Positions 27,347 through 38,025 of a DNA stretch of 64,000 bases are shown here, one piece after another. Both the position numbers and the translations under genes were made by a program. Every line of letters begins with the position of its first letter. Position 1 is the stretch's first letter. The DNA is from Tubulanus polymorphus (taxonomy: Eukaryota > Animalia > Nemertea), in assembly GCF_964204645.1 (NCBI RefSeq), contig NC_134025.1, positions 12,524,001 to 12,588,000 on the forward strand, written 5' to 3'. The notes beneath the pieces are model-generated. The model saw only the letters and a program-made list of their open reading frames with translations. It was not told the DNA's origin and ran no database searches.

Positions 27347-28745
27347 ATGGCAGTTAGTCTTCCAAAAGCTTTCCAATATAATAAATCAATTAAATATAAT
27401 ATTCCTGCAATAGATTTCAATAAAGATATTTCATATAGAAATGAAGTTTTAAATTCATTAATTGATTTATATATTTATGTTACTGAAAGTAATAATTTTC
27501 ATGTAAAGATGGAAAATATATTCAATGTTTATGAAATTAATTTTGAAAAAGAATTAAGTAAAGCAAAATTATGGATGTTAAAATCAAATATGCAATTCTG
27601 GCAAAACCTTAAATTCTGCTGTTTATTGCGCAACAACAGGGTGCGGTATAAGTTGGAATAATCATTTAAATGAACCAAATTTACCATTAATATTATCACT
27701 CTTTAGATTTCATACATACTTTCAAATAAGATTAATATTATATGAATTAGAGTGTCCTTTACCAGGGTCTAGATATTTTAAAGAATTAGATAATAACATT
27801 AATTTATCAAAGTATTATGAAATATGTAATGAATTTGATATAGATATAAATAATTCTGATTTTAGATCAAAGATGGGAACAATTACAGGGGGAGATTTAT
27901 CTAAAGTAGAGAAAGCTTTGGATGCAATGAATAATTCACCATTTCCAATCGGAGGTTTTGCTGTCCCTTATACTAAAGAATATAGAAAAGCAATAAAAAA
28001 TACTAAGTAAAAAACGTTTAAATGGAATGAAATACCAAAATATTATATTTATATCAAACAACAACAAAATAATGATGGTTGGGTTAATTTTATTTTAGAA
28101 AATAGTGAAGGTTTTACTAAATCAGGTATACAAAGAATAAATCAATCAATTAGAACTTATTTGATATGTATTCTAGATGCACAAGTTGAAACAAGATCCC
28201 CAATAATTGGAAATTTAAATACATCATTTAATACACAGAAACAATTCAAAGTTTTATTTGAAGATTCAATTCATAATGATAAAAATAAATCGATTCCAGA
28301 AAACATTGTAAGATTTCAAAATTATTTAGATAAATCTCATGTAAGACTAAATTATTGTATAGGCCCTAATCTATTAATTATTTCTAATGATTTAGTATTA
28401 AAGATGGGAAATATAATTGGTTATAATGATCTTATTAAAACTGCAACAATAAATAATTCATTTGGATTAAATGATATAAATAAAAAGATTATTACTGCTC
28501 CAAAATTAATGGAAGGTGAAAAAAATAAAAAACATATTCAATCAACTGAAACTAAAACTAATAATATTCAATTGGATAATGATTCTAGAATAAAAGATTA
28601 CAATACATCAGAAAATATTAAAACTGATAATATTCAACATGATATAATTAAAACTGATAATGATAATGAATCCCATGAAAATGCTAAATTAGCTTTAACT
28701 TGTATAGGAATTGTAATCGGAGGAATATTATATTTTAAATTTTAA
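27347..28745 (+). pseudogene. Conserved Polinton protein of unknown function with a C-terminal hydrophobic anchor, disrupted
   Basis: Homolog of 45296-46596, split into 27347-27661 and 28161-28745 by a frameshift and a stop. Confidence 0.75.
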
Positions 28746-28761
28746 TTTTTTTATTATGTAA

Positions 28762-30221
28762 ATGAATGTAGAAGGTGTAGAAGATTATGAAATGGGAGAA
28801 ATGGGAAATAATAATGAAGGATATATTGATGATGATTATAATGATGCAAAAACTAATATTGATAATGATGATGAATCAGCATATAATTCTAATTTAGCAG
28901 ATAGTGGTTCTAAAGGCCAATCAACAGATGAATTTGATAGAAGAACTAGATCGAGAATAAATCCTGAAAATGAAAATCCAGATTTAGTAAAACAAAATTT
29001 AGAATATAATGAATATATTTATAATTTCAAACCTATATTTGAAAAATCTGGATATAATATAAATGCCAGAGGCGCCAGACTTTTAGTACAAGAATTAAAA
29101 TCTTTAGATGGTGAATATTATTATCATTTGCAATATGATTATTATATTGATATCACTTATAAAAATCAAATCAAAATATTAGCAGGATCAACTTTGGAAA
29201 AATTAGAACCAGATAGAATTAAAAGAATAAGTTATAATAGTCATGAACCAGAAGATGTAACACAAGAAGAAATAAATCAAAATAGAAGAGTATTTAAACA
29301 AAGAATTAATGAATTATTTGAAACAATCGATAATAATTTAGAACTAGAAACAACTTTTGAACAGAATATAACTTCCAAAACTAGTAAACTTAAATCAAAC
29401 GAAGTTCAAACTGAAAAACTTTTACCGAATGGATTACTTGATGCAACAGATCAAGAAATAGAAGCTTTAAGTATGTTTTCTAAAAAAACAATTAGAGAAA
29501 TAATAAGTATACGAAATGAAGCCGATAAAATTGCGCGCGAAAAAAATATTAGATGTAATAAAATTAAACCTTTAGAAAATAAATTATTTGACACCAGAAA
29601 AGAATTAGAACAATTAAAATTAGATAGAGAATTTAAAGTTATTGAAGAAATTGATTTTTAAAAAAGAAATGCATATTTAGAAAAAGAAATTGATGATTTA
29701 GAATATAACATAGAATTTCAGAAAGAAAAAATGAAATTATTATTAAAGTCATATGATTATTGTATTAATAGATTAAAAGTTGTTGTTAAAGAGTTAATAC
29801 TAAAACCAAATTCTGACATATCACTAAAAGATAAAATAAAATTATTATTTAAGTTTGAAGGAATAACAATTCTTTCAATTCTAACAGCTGTAACTACGGT
29901 ATGTTATTTACAACAATTGGTTTAGCTATATCAAATTCATTAAAATCTACTCCTACTCCCAATAAACCAGATAAACCCCGAGATAATAATTCAATACAAG
30001 ATAAAGTTAAAGATGGTTTAAAGAAATTAGCAAAATATTTATGGGAAGTATCTAAAAAATCTGCTGCGGCATTACCCGGAGTTATTGCATCAATTGTTGG
30101 TTTTATATTGAAATCTGCTGGGAATATTCTTAACTTTGCTGCTGAACATATTATTTTATTTTTAATTACAGTTGTAAGTGCAATTATTTTTGGGTTAGTG
30201 AATATGATAAAAAATAAATAA
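28762..30221 (+). pseudogene. Coiled-coil protein with hydrophobic/amphipathic C-terminus, disrupted
   Basis: Three ORF pieces homologous to 46613-48190. Confidence 0.75.
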
Positions 30222-30241
30222 TTAATTTTTTTGTTAAATAA

Positions 30242-31533
30242 ATGAGTGGGAGTTATATAAATCCTTCTAAGAATCATAGAATATCTAATGCTATTAAAGC
30301 AGAAAGATCACATCATATAATTACTCATAATCCTTCTAATATTAATCCCGATGAAACTTTATATGTTAGAATTCCTCGATTAACACGAAATACTTTTTAT
30401 GTTCCAAATAGTATTTATTTATCAGCTGATATAAAAGTAACTGGTAATAATAATAATTATGTTGTTGATAATGTTGGGAGATATTCGATTAAAAAATTAG
30501 CTGTAAATATTGGGCCAGAAACAGTTTTCTCATTAGATAATTATAATTTATTTATGCATTATAAAGATTTATGGTTAACAAAAGAAAATAGAAATAATAT
30601 GATATTTCAAGGCATCCAATCAGAAAACCAAAATAAATTAAGATCAGAAGCCAATAATGCAGTAGTAACTAATGCTGTAGATAACTTAATAAAAAAGATT
30701 TATGGAAGCAAATATAAAATTCCATTAGATTTTGAATTGATAAATAATAATGCGCCTTTATATAAATACGCAATTCAAGAAGATATTATATTCGAAATAA
30801 CATTTGCTCCTGTAAATGAAATTGTATTATCTAGCGATAATGAAGATATATTTGTATTATCTAGCGATATTTGTATTATCTAGCGAAATTGTATTATCTA
30901 GCGATAATGAAGATAGATTAGAATATGATACAGTAACTGATAAAAAATATTGCTAGCATAATTCAAACTCAATACAACCAAGGATTTTCATTATTATATG
31001 ATTATATTGAAAAATTTAAAACTGTAACTATTAATGCAAATGATGAAATAATTAATGAGAATATTAACTACCCAAGAAGATCTATTAAAGGTATATTAAT
31101 ATTTTTTACCATTGCAACATATTCTAATGGCGCAATAAAAGTTGATAATTATTGTAATCCTGAAATATCAAAAGTAGATATAACTATCGAAGGAATAGCA
31201 AATAAAATATTTTGTCAAGGAATGAGAACGATAGATCAATGGCCAGAAATTAGAAAACATTTTATGAATGAAAAAGTAAAATCATTTGAAAATTGTAATA
31301 TTAATCAAATTGATCATTATACCGGTAATAAATATGCATTATGGTTAGATTTTAGAACAACAGAGGATAATTCATTACATGGTTCTGGGAAAAAACTACA
31401 AAATACTAAAGATGGAATACAATTATTCATGAAAAAGAAAAAAGGAGGCAAAAATTTCAAAATGCGCGTTTATATTATATCTAACGCGCAATTAAATATT
31501 GTAAATTCACAATTAGATAGTATTATGTTTTAA
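30242..31533 (+). pseudogene. Major capsid protein (double jelly-roll, hexon-like), frameshifted
   Basis: THNPSNINPDETLYVRIPRL...VVDNVGR and ALWLDFRTTEDNSLHGSG resemble Polinton/adintovirus major capsid proteins as I recall them; span of about 430 codons; disrupted near 30840-30950. Confidence 0.75.
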
Positions 31534-31582
31534 GTGTTATGAAATATTAAAATTTTAACTTTAGTAAAAATTTATATAATAA

Positions 31583-32281
31583 ATGGAAGTAGGAATATAT
31601 GAAATACATGGTCCAAGTGAAATGATACCAGATATATATTATATATTACCTTATGATGAATACAGTAAGTATTTTGGAGAATACTTTAATCAATTTAAAT
31701 ATAGAATAAGTAAAATAGATAAGAATATTGAAACAAAAAAAGAAAATAAAATTGAACCTAAAATAGAAGATAAGAATGATATTGAATATAAAATAGAAGA
31801 TAATATTGAAACTAAAATCGAAGATAGTGATAATATTGAAACAAAAAAAGAAGATAACGTTGAACCTAAAATAGAAGATAATATTGAACCTAAAATAGAA
31901 GATAATATTGAATCTAAAAAAGAAGATATAATTAGTTGTATATATTGTGATGAAGATTTTGATAATAATAATGATTATTTATTGCATGTCAAAAAAGATG
32001 AACATATTATAAAATTAGTAAAAACATATGCTAATGTATATAAAGATAAATGCAAAGAAGACCAAAATTATTGCGCCTTCTGTAATGCATGTACATCAAA
32101 GCCTAATTGGGCAAAACATTATAAATTAAAAACAAAAGGTGGAAATGATTCAGCCCATGCAATACAGGTATTTAAATCTTGGTGTGAAAAATTTAAAGAA
32201 TATGTAATATATGACAAACAATTTAATCATAAATACTCAATTAAACATATAGGTACAAATAATGTAATAGAAAATCCATAA
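31583..32281 (+). CDS. Element-1-specific protein with IEPKIEDN-like repeats and two zinc-finger-like motifs
   Basis: Intact 232-aa ORF with a TAAATG start; contains CIYC...H...H and CAFC...NWAKH. Confidence 0.7.
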   Translation: MEVGIYEIHGPSEMIPDIYYILPYDEYSKYFGEYFNQFKYRISKIDKNIETKKENKIEPKIEDKNDIEYKIEDNIETKIEDSDNIETKKEDNVEPKIEDNIEPKIEDNIESKKEDIISCIYCDEDFDNNNDYLLHVKKDEHIIKLVKTYANVYKDKCKEDQNYCAFCNACTSKPNWAKHYKLKTKGGNDSAHAIQVFKSWCEKFKEYVIYDKQFNHKYSIKHIGTNNVIENP

Positions 32282-32481
32282 ATTATAAACCCGAAATTTA
32301 ATAAAATGAATATATAAGATTATCGGTGGTATAGAAAAACATTTATAGATTATTTCTCGAGTAATGATATAGTTAGCATATTGAAAAAGTTAGATAACTT
32401 TAAACCAAATGTAACTTATGCAATGAACGTATTTGAACTCAAATATGATGATTTTAGAGAATTTTTAAATAAACATCCATC

Positions 32482-32739
32482 TAACAAGAGAAATCCCACA
32501 ATAAGTTCAGCCAAAACGAGAAACTTGAATAGAAGAGTTATATATATTTTTGCGCAACGTTTCGGCTAAAGACTATTAGCCATCATCAGTACGCCTGATG
32601 ATGGCTAATAGTCTTTAGCCGAAACGTTGCGCAAAAATATATATAACTCTTCTATTCAAGTTTCTCGTTTTGGCTGAACTTATTGTGGGATTTCTCTTGT
32701 TATCTTCTTACACGGATATTGTGTATCTTCTCGTCTCAT
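32482..32739. mobile_element. Penelope-like retroelement fragment with an inverted duplication, inserted in element 1
   Basis: Perfect 108-bp inverted repeat (32482-32589 / 32595-32702); TAAACATCCATCTAA is duplicated at 32470-32484 and 32740-32754; contains a hammerhead core. Confidence 0.7.
32590..32633 (+). ncRNA. Minimal type I hammerhead ribozyme motif
   Basis: cgc-CTGATGA-t-GGCTAA tagtct TTAGCC-GAAA-CG-TT-gcg: both conserved core boxes, a 6-bp stem II, a palindromic minimal stem III and a short stem I. Confidence 0.65.
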
Positions 32740-32932
32740 TAAACATCCATCTAAAACTGAAATCGAATATTATATTCCAAAAATATTTTCAAGAGCAACA
32801 TTCAATAAATATAAGCTCAGGAATCATTTAGGACCTACAACAATGTCATTGCAAAGGAATATATGGTTAGAATATAATAAGCTTAAAGAAAAATATGAAA
32901 ATGAAAAAGATTAATTTCTATTTACATATTGA

Positions 32933-33249
32933 TGGATGAGTGGATGAGTTGGATGAGTGGATGAGAATGGATGAGTGTAATAATATATATATTTTACTTT
33001 TTAACACATGAATCGGAAGAATATTATAAGTATAAATATAATATTTGTATTCTATATTAAATTTAACACAATATATATATATATATTATTAAAATGATAT
33101 TTAAATATTGTATAAAATTGATAATATAACTTAAAATCAAACTCTTACTGTTTTTTAAATAAAAACATATGTAAATTATATATTATTACACTCATCCATT
33201 CATCCATTCATCCAATTCATCCAATACATCCAATTCATCCACTCATCCA
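32933..33249. repeat. Inverted repeat with (TGGATGAG)n / (CTCATCCA)n-like arms between the convergent gene blocks
   Basis: ATGGATGAGTGTAATAATATAT pairs with ATATATTATTACACTCATCCAT, with further degenerate 8-9-mer repeats outward on each side. Confidence 0.85.
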
Positions 33250-33291
33250 CGCACACACATTAAAAATTCTATAATATTTCAAATAAGGATT

Positions 33292-33903
33292 TTATTTTAT
33301 AAATTTATATTCATATGGAAATTGAAGCCTCAGTAATAATTTTGAACGTTTATTATTCTTTAATTTATTCATATATTCATCATGTAATTCAGTAGGTATA
33401 ATTTGATTTTCTTCCAATGATTGTTGCATAGATTTTCTATTATTATTGTAGAATAAAACTAAAAATCTTATATTCTCCCTAAAGTCTTTAACAATTGAAT
33501 TATATTTTTGATTTAAAACCCATGTTGTTATCCCAAAATGTCTCCCAGAGAAAGCTCGATAACATAACTCACTTTCTCTAACTTTTGAATCATGTAAATT
33601 AGCGCAATCATCTATAATGAATAATGAATTTGATCCTTTATAAATATCAATTGCTATTTTTATACAATTATCTAAATTTTCTTTTACTGTTTTAGGATCT
33701 AATATAATAAACTTTTTTATCGCAACTATATCTCTATTATATGTTTTATTCATTTCATAAGTAGGACAGAATAATATTATATTATCAAAATGATTCTTAT
33801 AAATAGTTTCTAACAAATTTAATATGAAATGTGTTTTACCGCAGTTTGTTACTCCAGTAACTAACATATTATGCGGTTCAAATATAAATAAATCTTTATT
33901 CAT
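33292..33903 (-). CDS. A32/FtsK-like DNA packaging ATPase
   Basis: Walker A GVTNCGKT, Walker B FIIDD, and the downstream GRH and Q motifs. Confidence 0.93.
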   Translation of the reverse strand: MNKDLFIFEPHNMLVTGVTNCGKTHFILNLLETIYKNHFDNIILFCPTYEMNKTYNRDIVAIKKFIILDPKTVKENLDNCIKIAIDIYKGSNSLFIIDDCANLHDSKVRESELCYRAFSGRHFGITTWVLNQKYNSIVKDFRENIRFLVLFYNNNRKSMQQSLEENQIIPTELHDEYMNKLKNNKRSKLLLRLQFPYEYKFIK

Positions 33904-34981
33904 TTATTCTTTTAATTTTACTAGATAAAATCCATTCATTAAATTTATCATCGTATCCTTTATATTTCACCAAAGAATACTTTTTTCCTTTAAGAGTTTT
34001 TGTTTTCAAAACTTTTTCTATTTTGTATTCTATTTCATCTGGGTTTGGTACAAGAGATAATTCTTGTTCATAAAAATAACCTAATATTTCTTCATATTTT
34101 AGATCTTCTAATTTATAAACAAATGGTTTAGTTAATATAATCTTTTTAATCTTGAATATTTCTTCAGTAAAATTTGGGGTATAACCTTTATAAAATGTTT
34201 TTCGATATTCAGATATTCTAACGTGTTGTCCAATTTTAAATCTAGGTTCACCGAAATCATGTGTTACAAATGCACCATATAAATTATTCCAAACTATTTC
34301 TGAATTATCTTCTTTTCTAGCTTGTATAGGTTTCATATTTATAAAACTATGTTTAGAATTATCATAACCTTTCACCAAATCATCTAACACATCGATATAT
34401 TTATATGTTTCATTAGCAGTAAAATATTTCCACGTTCTAGTTTTCAATGTTTTATTAAATCTTTCTATAATAGATGCTTTTTTATCTGAGTGTGTTGAAA
34501 AATATTCTACATCGTTATCAGATAATAGTTTTTTAAAATGTTTATTATAGAATTCCTTACCTTCATCAAATTGTATCTTATCTGGAATAGCTTCTTTAAA
34601 TATTGATTTAAAAGCATTTGTTACTTCTATACCAGTTTTATTTTTGATTGGAATTGACCATGCGTATCTACTGAATATGTCTATAACATTTAATATCCAG
34701 AAATATCCTTTGTTGTATTCCTCTAAGTTCTTCATGTCAATTAAATCAGCTTGCCATTGTTGATCGATATATGAAACCATAACTTTTCTTGTTAAATAAT
34801 TTTTATCCATTTTCTTGTGGATTTGATATGTTGGTTGATTTTGTAACCATGATTTTAATTCACTATATTTTATATTTTCTTTATCAGATTTAATTCTATC
34901 CCATAATTCTGTAACGTTAGAATATGATACTTCACTTTCTGGGTTGTAATATAAATCTCTTAAATATTGTTCTTTTTTCAT
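33896..34981 (-). CDS. Retroviral-like (rve) integrase with a C-terminal chromodomain-like region
   Basis: DDE motifs WQADL, QFDEGKEF and ERFNKTLK; C-terminal YKIEKVL...LVKYKGYDDKFNEW; intact 361 aa. Confidence 0.95.
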   Translation of the reverse strand: MKKEQYLRDLYYNPESEVSYSNVTELWDRIKSDKENIKYSELKSWLQNQPTYQIHKKMDKNYLTRKVMVSYIDQQWQADLIDMKNLEEYNKGYFWILNVIDIFSRYAWSIPIKNKTGIEVTNAFKSIFKEAIPDKIQFDEGKEFYNKHFKKLLSDNDVEYFSTHSDKKASIIERFNKTLKTRTWKYFTANETYKYIDVLDDLVKGYDNSKHSFINMKPIQARKEDNSEIVWNNLYGAFVTHDFGEPRFKIGQHVRISEYRKTFYKGYTPNFTEEIFKIKKIILTKPFVYKLEDLKYEEILGYFYEQELSLVPNPDEIEYKIEKVLKTKTLKGKKYSLVKYKGYDDKFNEWILSSKIKRINE

Positions 34982-34987
34982 CTTATT

Positions 34988-35380
34988 TTAATCCATTAAT
35001 AATAATTTAGATTTAGTTTCAATGACTTTATGATTTGACTTATTTTCTGGTAGAATAGGTTTATTATCATTGGAATCATTATTATTAGATTTGAATTTAG
35101 ATTTATATATTACACCGGAGAATATAATAACTGTTACTAATCCAATTGTAATATATAAGTAATTATTTCTTCCACTATTAGAAGAATCAGATGGATTGTT
35201 ATTTGAATCAATATCAGATAATTTCTGTGATTCATTTATATCAGTTAATTTCTTTTTCTTAGCTTTTTTTAATTCTGCAGATCTTTTTCCCAACTCCTTT
35301 GCCCACTGTATTTGTTTTTCAGATCTAACCTTTTTCTTAACATCACTGTGTGGGTGTCGTACGGCAATACCATCACTAAT
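34988..35380 (-). pseudogene. Small basic protein with one transmembrane segment (start codon reads ATT)
   Basis: Homolog of 53166-53533; hydrophobic segment YLYITIGLVTVIIFSGVIY. Confidence 0.6.
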
Positions 35381-35390
35381 TTATTTTAGT

Positions 35391-35927
35391 TTATTTTTGT
35401 TCTGGTTCATTTTCTGTTTCGCCGTTTGGTTGTCTTACGGCGCCATCTGTTTCGTTCTTACCTGATTTATATTCCATAGGTTTGATATTCGAAAATGTTA
35501 TGACACCAGTAGAAATTAATGTCATAACCGATCCTAATTGGAATGAAGCATATCCGAAACATTTATGTAATTCAGTCATAACTAAATAGTCATTTTTCAA
35601 ATCACTATATAATTTATTTTCATCATCAATTGACATTAACCGGTTACATAACTTAGAGTAACATTTGACAATACTATCTGAAATAGAATCATTTATTCGA
35701 GCCAATCTTGCCTCGTCATAAATCTTAAAATATTTTATTACTTTATCTGGTTTCATAGAGTCTAGTTCTTGAAAAGTAATGGTCTTAGTTAAAAATTGTT
35801 TACATTTACCACTAGCAATTAGTAACTCAAGATGGTGTTTACAATGTAAATAGTATTCATAATCAATATTGTTATTGATATTATTTTCAATTTTGGCCGG
35901 AATATCCTTATTATCACTAATACCCAA
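35391..35927 (-). CDS. Polinton protein of unknown function (5' end damaged)
   Basis: Close homolog of 52571-53173. Confidence 0.7.
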   Translation of the reverse strand: MGISDNKDIPAKIENNINNNIDYEYYLHCKHHLELLIASGKCKQFLTKTITFQELDSMKPDKVIKYFKIYDEARLARINDSISDSIVKCYSKLCNRLMSIDDENKLYSDLKNDYLVMTELHKCFGYASFQLGSVMTLISTGVITFSNIKPMEYKSGKNETDGAVRQPNGETENEPEQK

Positions 35928-36180
35928 ATCATCTAATGTTTTTTCAATATCAAGACTATTCTTACTCGATTTCTTTGATATTTATATTAGAGAAATTTAA
36001 TAAGAAAAAATATTTTAATATTTTAATACTAGCTAGTTAAGTTAAAGAATTTCTATTCAAAATATAAAGTATTCTCTTTTGAAAAGAATTGTAAAAGAAA
36101 ATATTAAAAATATAAGAGAATTCACTGGTTAGTTGAAGATATGTAATTTCTATTAAATTTTATTTGAATTATATTATTCT

Positions 36181-36760
36181 TTAACCGCTTTCAATATATT
36201 GTTCATTATTCGGATCATTGTTCCATTGATCAATAAATTTCTTTGCCTTTGTTAACTGTTCTAAATATAACTGTAAATCTAGTTTATTAAATTTTATTCT
36301 ATTTTCTTTCTTTTCGGGTGGCCTTAAATTTTTCCAATTCCAAATAAGTTTTTTATTGTGTTCATGATTCATGTTAAATTTAGATATCGGTAACACATGA
36401 TCAATATGAAAATAATCTCCATAATTATCTATATTCATTTGACTATCGAATTGAAATATAATCCATGATTTTAAGAATTCATCTGAACAACCAAACAAAT
36501 TAGATAGTGTTTCTGAATGTGTTTCTTTGTTGAATAATTGTGTTAATCTAGACCTTAAACATTGTTTCACTTTAACATTAAAATCTGTTTGATATCTTCC
36601 TCTCATATATTCTGTCATATAATCATTGTAAGCTTCTCTATTATCTTCTCGATATTGTTTGGTATATAGTTTAGTACAAGTTTTACAGCAATATTGAAAA
36701 CCATCTTTGCTAATCTTACGCTTATTAAATTATGTTATAGCTAATTTATCTAATTTACAT
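36181..36760 (-). pseudogene. Zinc-finger/HNH-type endonuclease-like gene, 5' truncated
   Basis: FHIDHVLP...WKNLRP..KKEN; homolog of 50773-51425; an upstream stop and deletion lie next to the right TIR. Confidence 0.7.
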
Positions 36761-36777
36761 TGTGTTTAAATTGTCAC

Positions 36778-37146
36778 AATGTTTAAAAATCTAACTCATA
36801 CAAATATAAATATTGAAATATGTTTAAAATATATCTATATATCTATTCTATAAGTGAGCTCGTCCTCCGTCCTCTGATCTGAAACCCCACTTTTCCTATT
36901 TCTTTTATATGTTATTCATATATATTTTATTCATGTATATGAATATTTTAAGAGTAATAAGGATAATAGGGGTTCAGGTTAAAGGTTGAGAGGTTGAGAA
37001 ATTTTCCAAATGTTAAAATAATAATAATTTCTACTTGAATTAGGAGTGTACGCGACTAATTCAAGTAGAAATTATTGTTATTTTCACATTTGGAAAATTT
37101 CTCGACCTCTCGACCTTTGGCCTGAACCCCTATTATCCCTATTACT
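36778..37146. repeat. Right TIR of element 1, with a fold-back hairpin at 36953-37146
   Basis: AGTAATAAGGGATAATAGGGGTTCAGG pairs with CCTGAACCCCTATTATCCCTATTACT; the loop is GAGTGTACGCGA. Confidence 0.92.
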
Positions 37147-37158
37147 AATGTTATATAC

Positions 37159-37272
37159 CTGGAAATTAGGGTTTTTCACACTTTTAGTCAGGCTCATCAT
37201 ACTCAGAATAATGGCTGCTGGGAATTTGTTTCTTGGGTCATCCAGACTATTTATGTCCATATCAAACGCTAC
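37159..37272 (-). pseudogene. CYP46A1: CYP46A1-like copy A exon lying between the two Polintons
   Basis: 114-bp AG/GT-bounded exon VAFDMDINSLDDPRNKFPAAIILSMMSLTKSVKNPNFQ, phase 0, joining the exon that starts at 22626. Confidence 0.75.
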
Positions 37273-37439
37273 CTACAATAAAGAACATAATCGGAATACT
37301 ATTCACACTGGTCACGTGCGATCAGCGAAGCGATCAGTCGTCGTTTGGATCTCGTCGCGTTCAGACGTGCGTGGTCGTATGGGATTTTTCGATCTCAACT
37401 CTGGTTGAGACACGTTAGTTTAGGCTAGTCGGTTATTTG

Positions 37440-37790
37440 AAGAAGGACTGTGAAGATGATTAGACTCCGGTATTGTAGAAGAACTATAAAGATAATCAGA
37501 GTCCAGTATTGTAGAAGGACTATAAAGATGACAAAGAGTCCGGTATTGTAGAAGAAGGACTATACAGATGATAAGAGTCCGGTATTGTAGGAGGACTATA
37601 ACGATGATAAGAGTCGGATGGACTATAAATATGATATGAGACTGGTACTGTAGATGAAGGACTGTGAATATAATGAGAGTCCGGTTTTGTAGAAGATGGA
37701 ATTTAAGATAAGAGTTCGGATTTTGTAGAAGAGCAGACTATAAACATGATGAGTCCGATAGAAGGACTTTGAAGATGATGAGATTCCGAG
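37440..37790. repeat. Degenerate ~35-40 bp tandem repeat
   Basis: About 9 units resembling GAGTCCGGTATTGTAGAAGAAGGACTATAAAGATGATAA. Confidence 0.85.
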
Positions 37791-38025
37791 AAGGCTTAAA
37801 AGTGGACTTCAGTCTGTTAAATGGGACTTAAAGATATAAGTGCCCGCTAAGATGGTAGACAATTATTGTAGGACAGGAGGAATAAGAATCAGTCCCGTTA
37901 TAGAAGAATCATTAAGGTGTTTATCGCACGGTTGGAATCTGAGGTCGAGTGTGTTAAAAGTGACGAATTTGGGACCGACTACGGTGTATACATTATGTAT
38001 ACGGTATGTATTTGTCAGTCACGTT

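Larger units (their letters stand above)
22716..37146 (+). mobile_element. Polinton/Maverick (adintovirus-like) element 1, internally deleted
   Basis: AGT...ACT termini, TIRs of about 366-369 bp, 6-bp target duplication AATGTT (22710-22715, 37147-37152). Contains pPolB, capsid, packaging ATPase and rve integrase genes. Confidence 0.96.

Noticed and set aside
37440-37790. CRISPR-like array or repeat-protein gene
   Set aside because: Degenerate head-to-tail minisatellite with no spacers and no sustained ORF.
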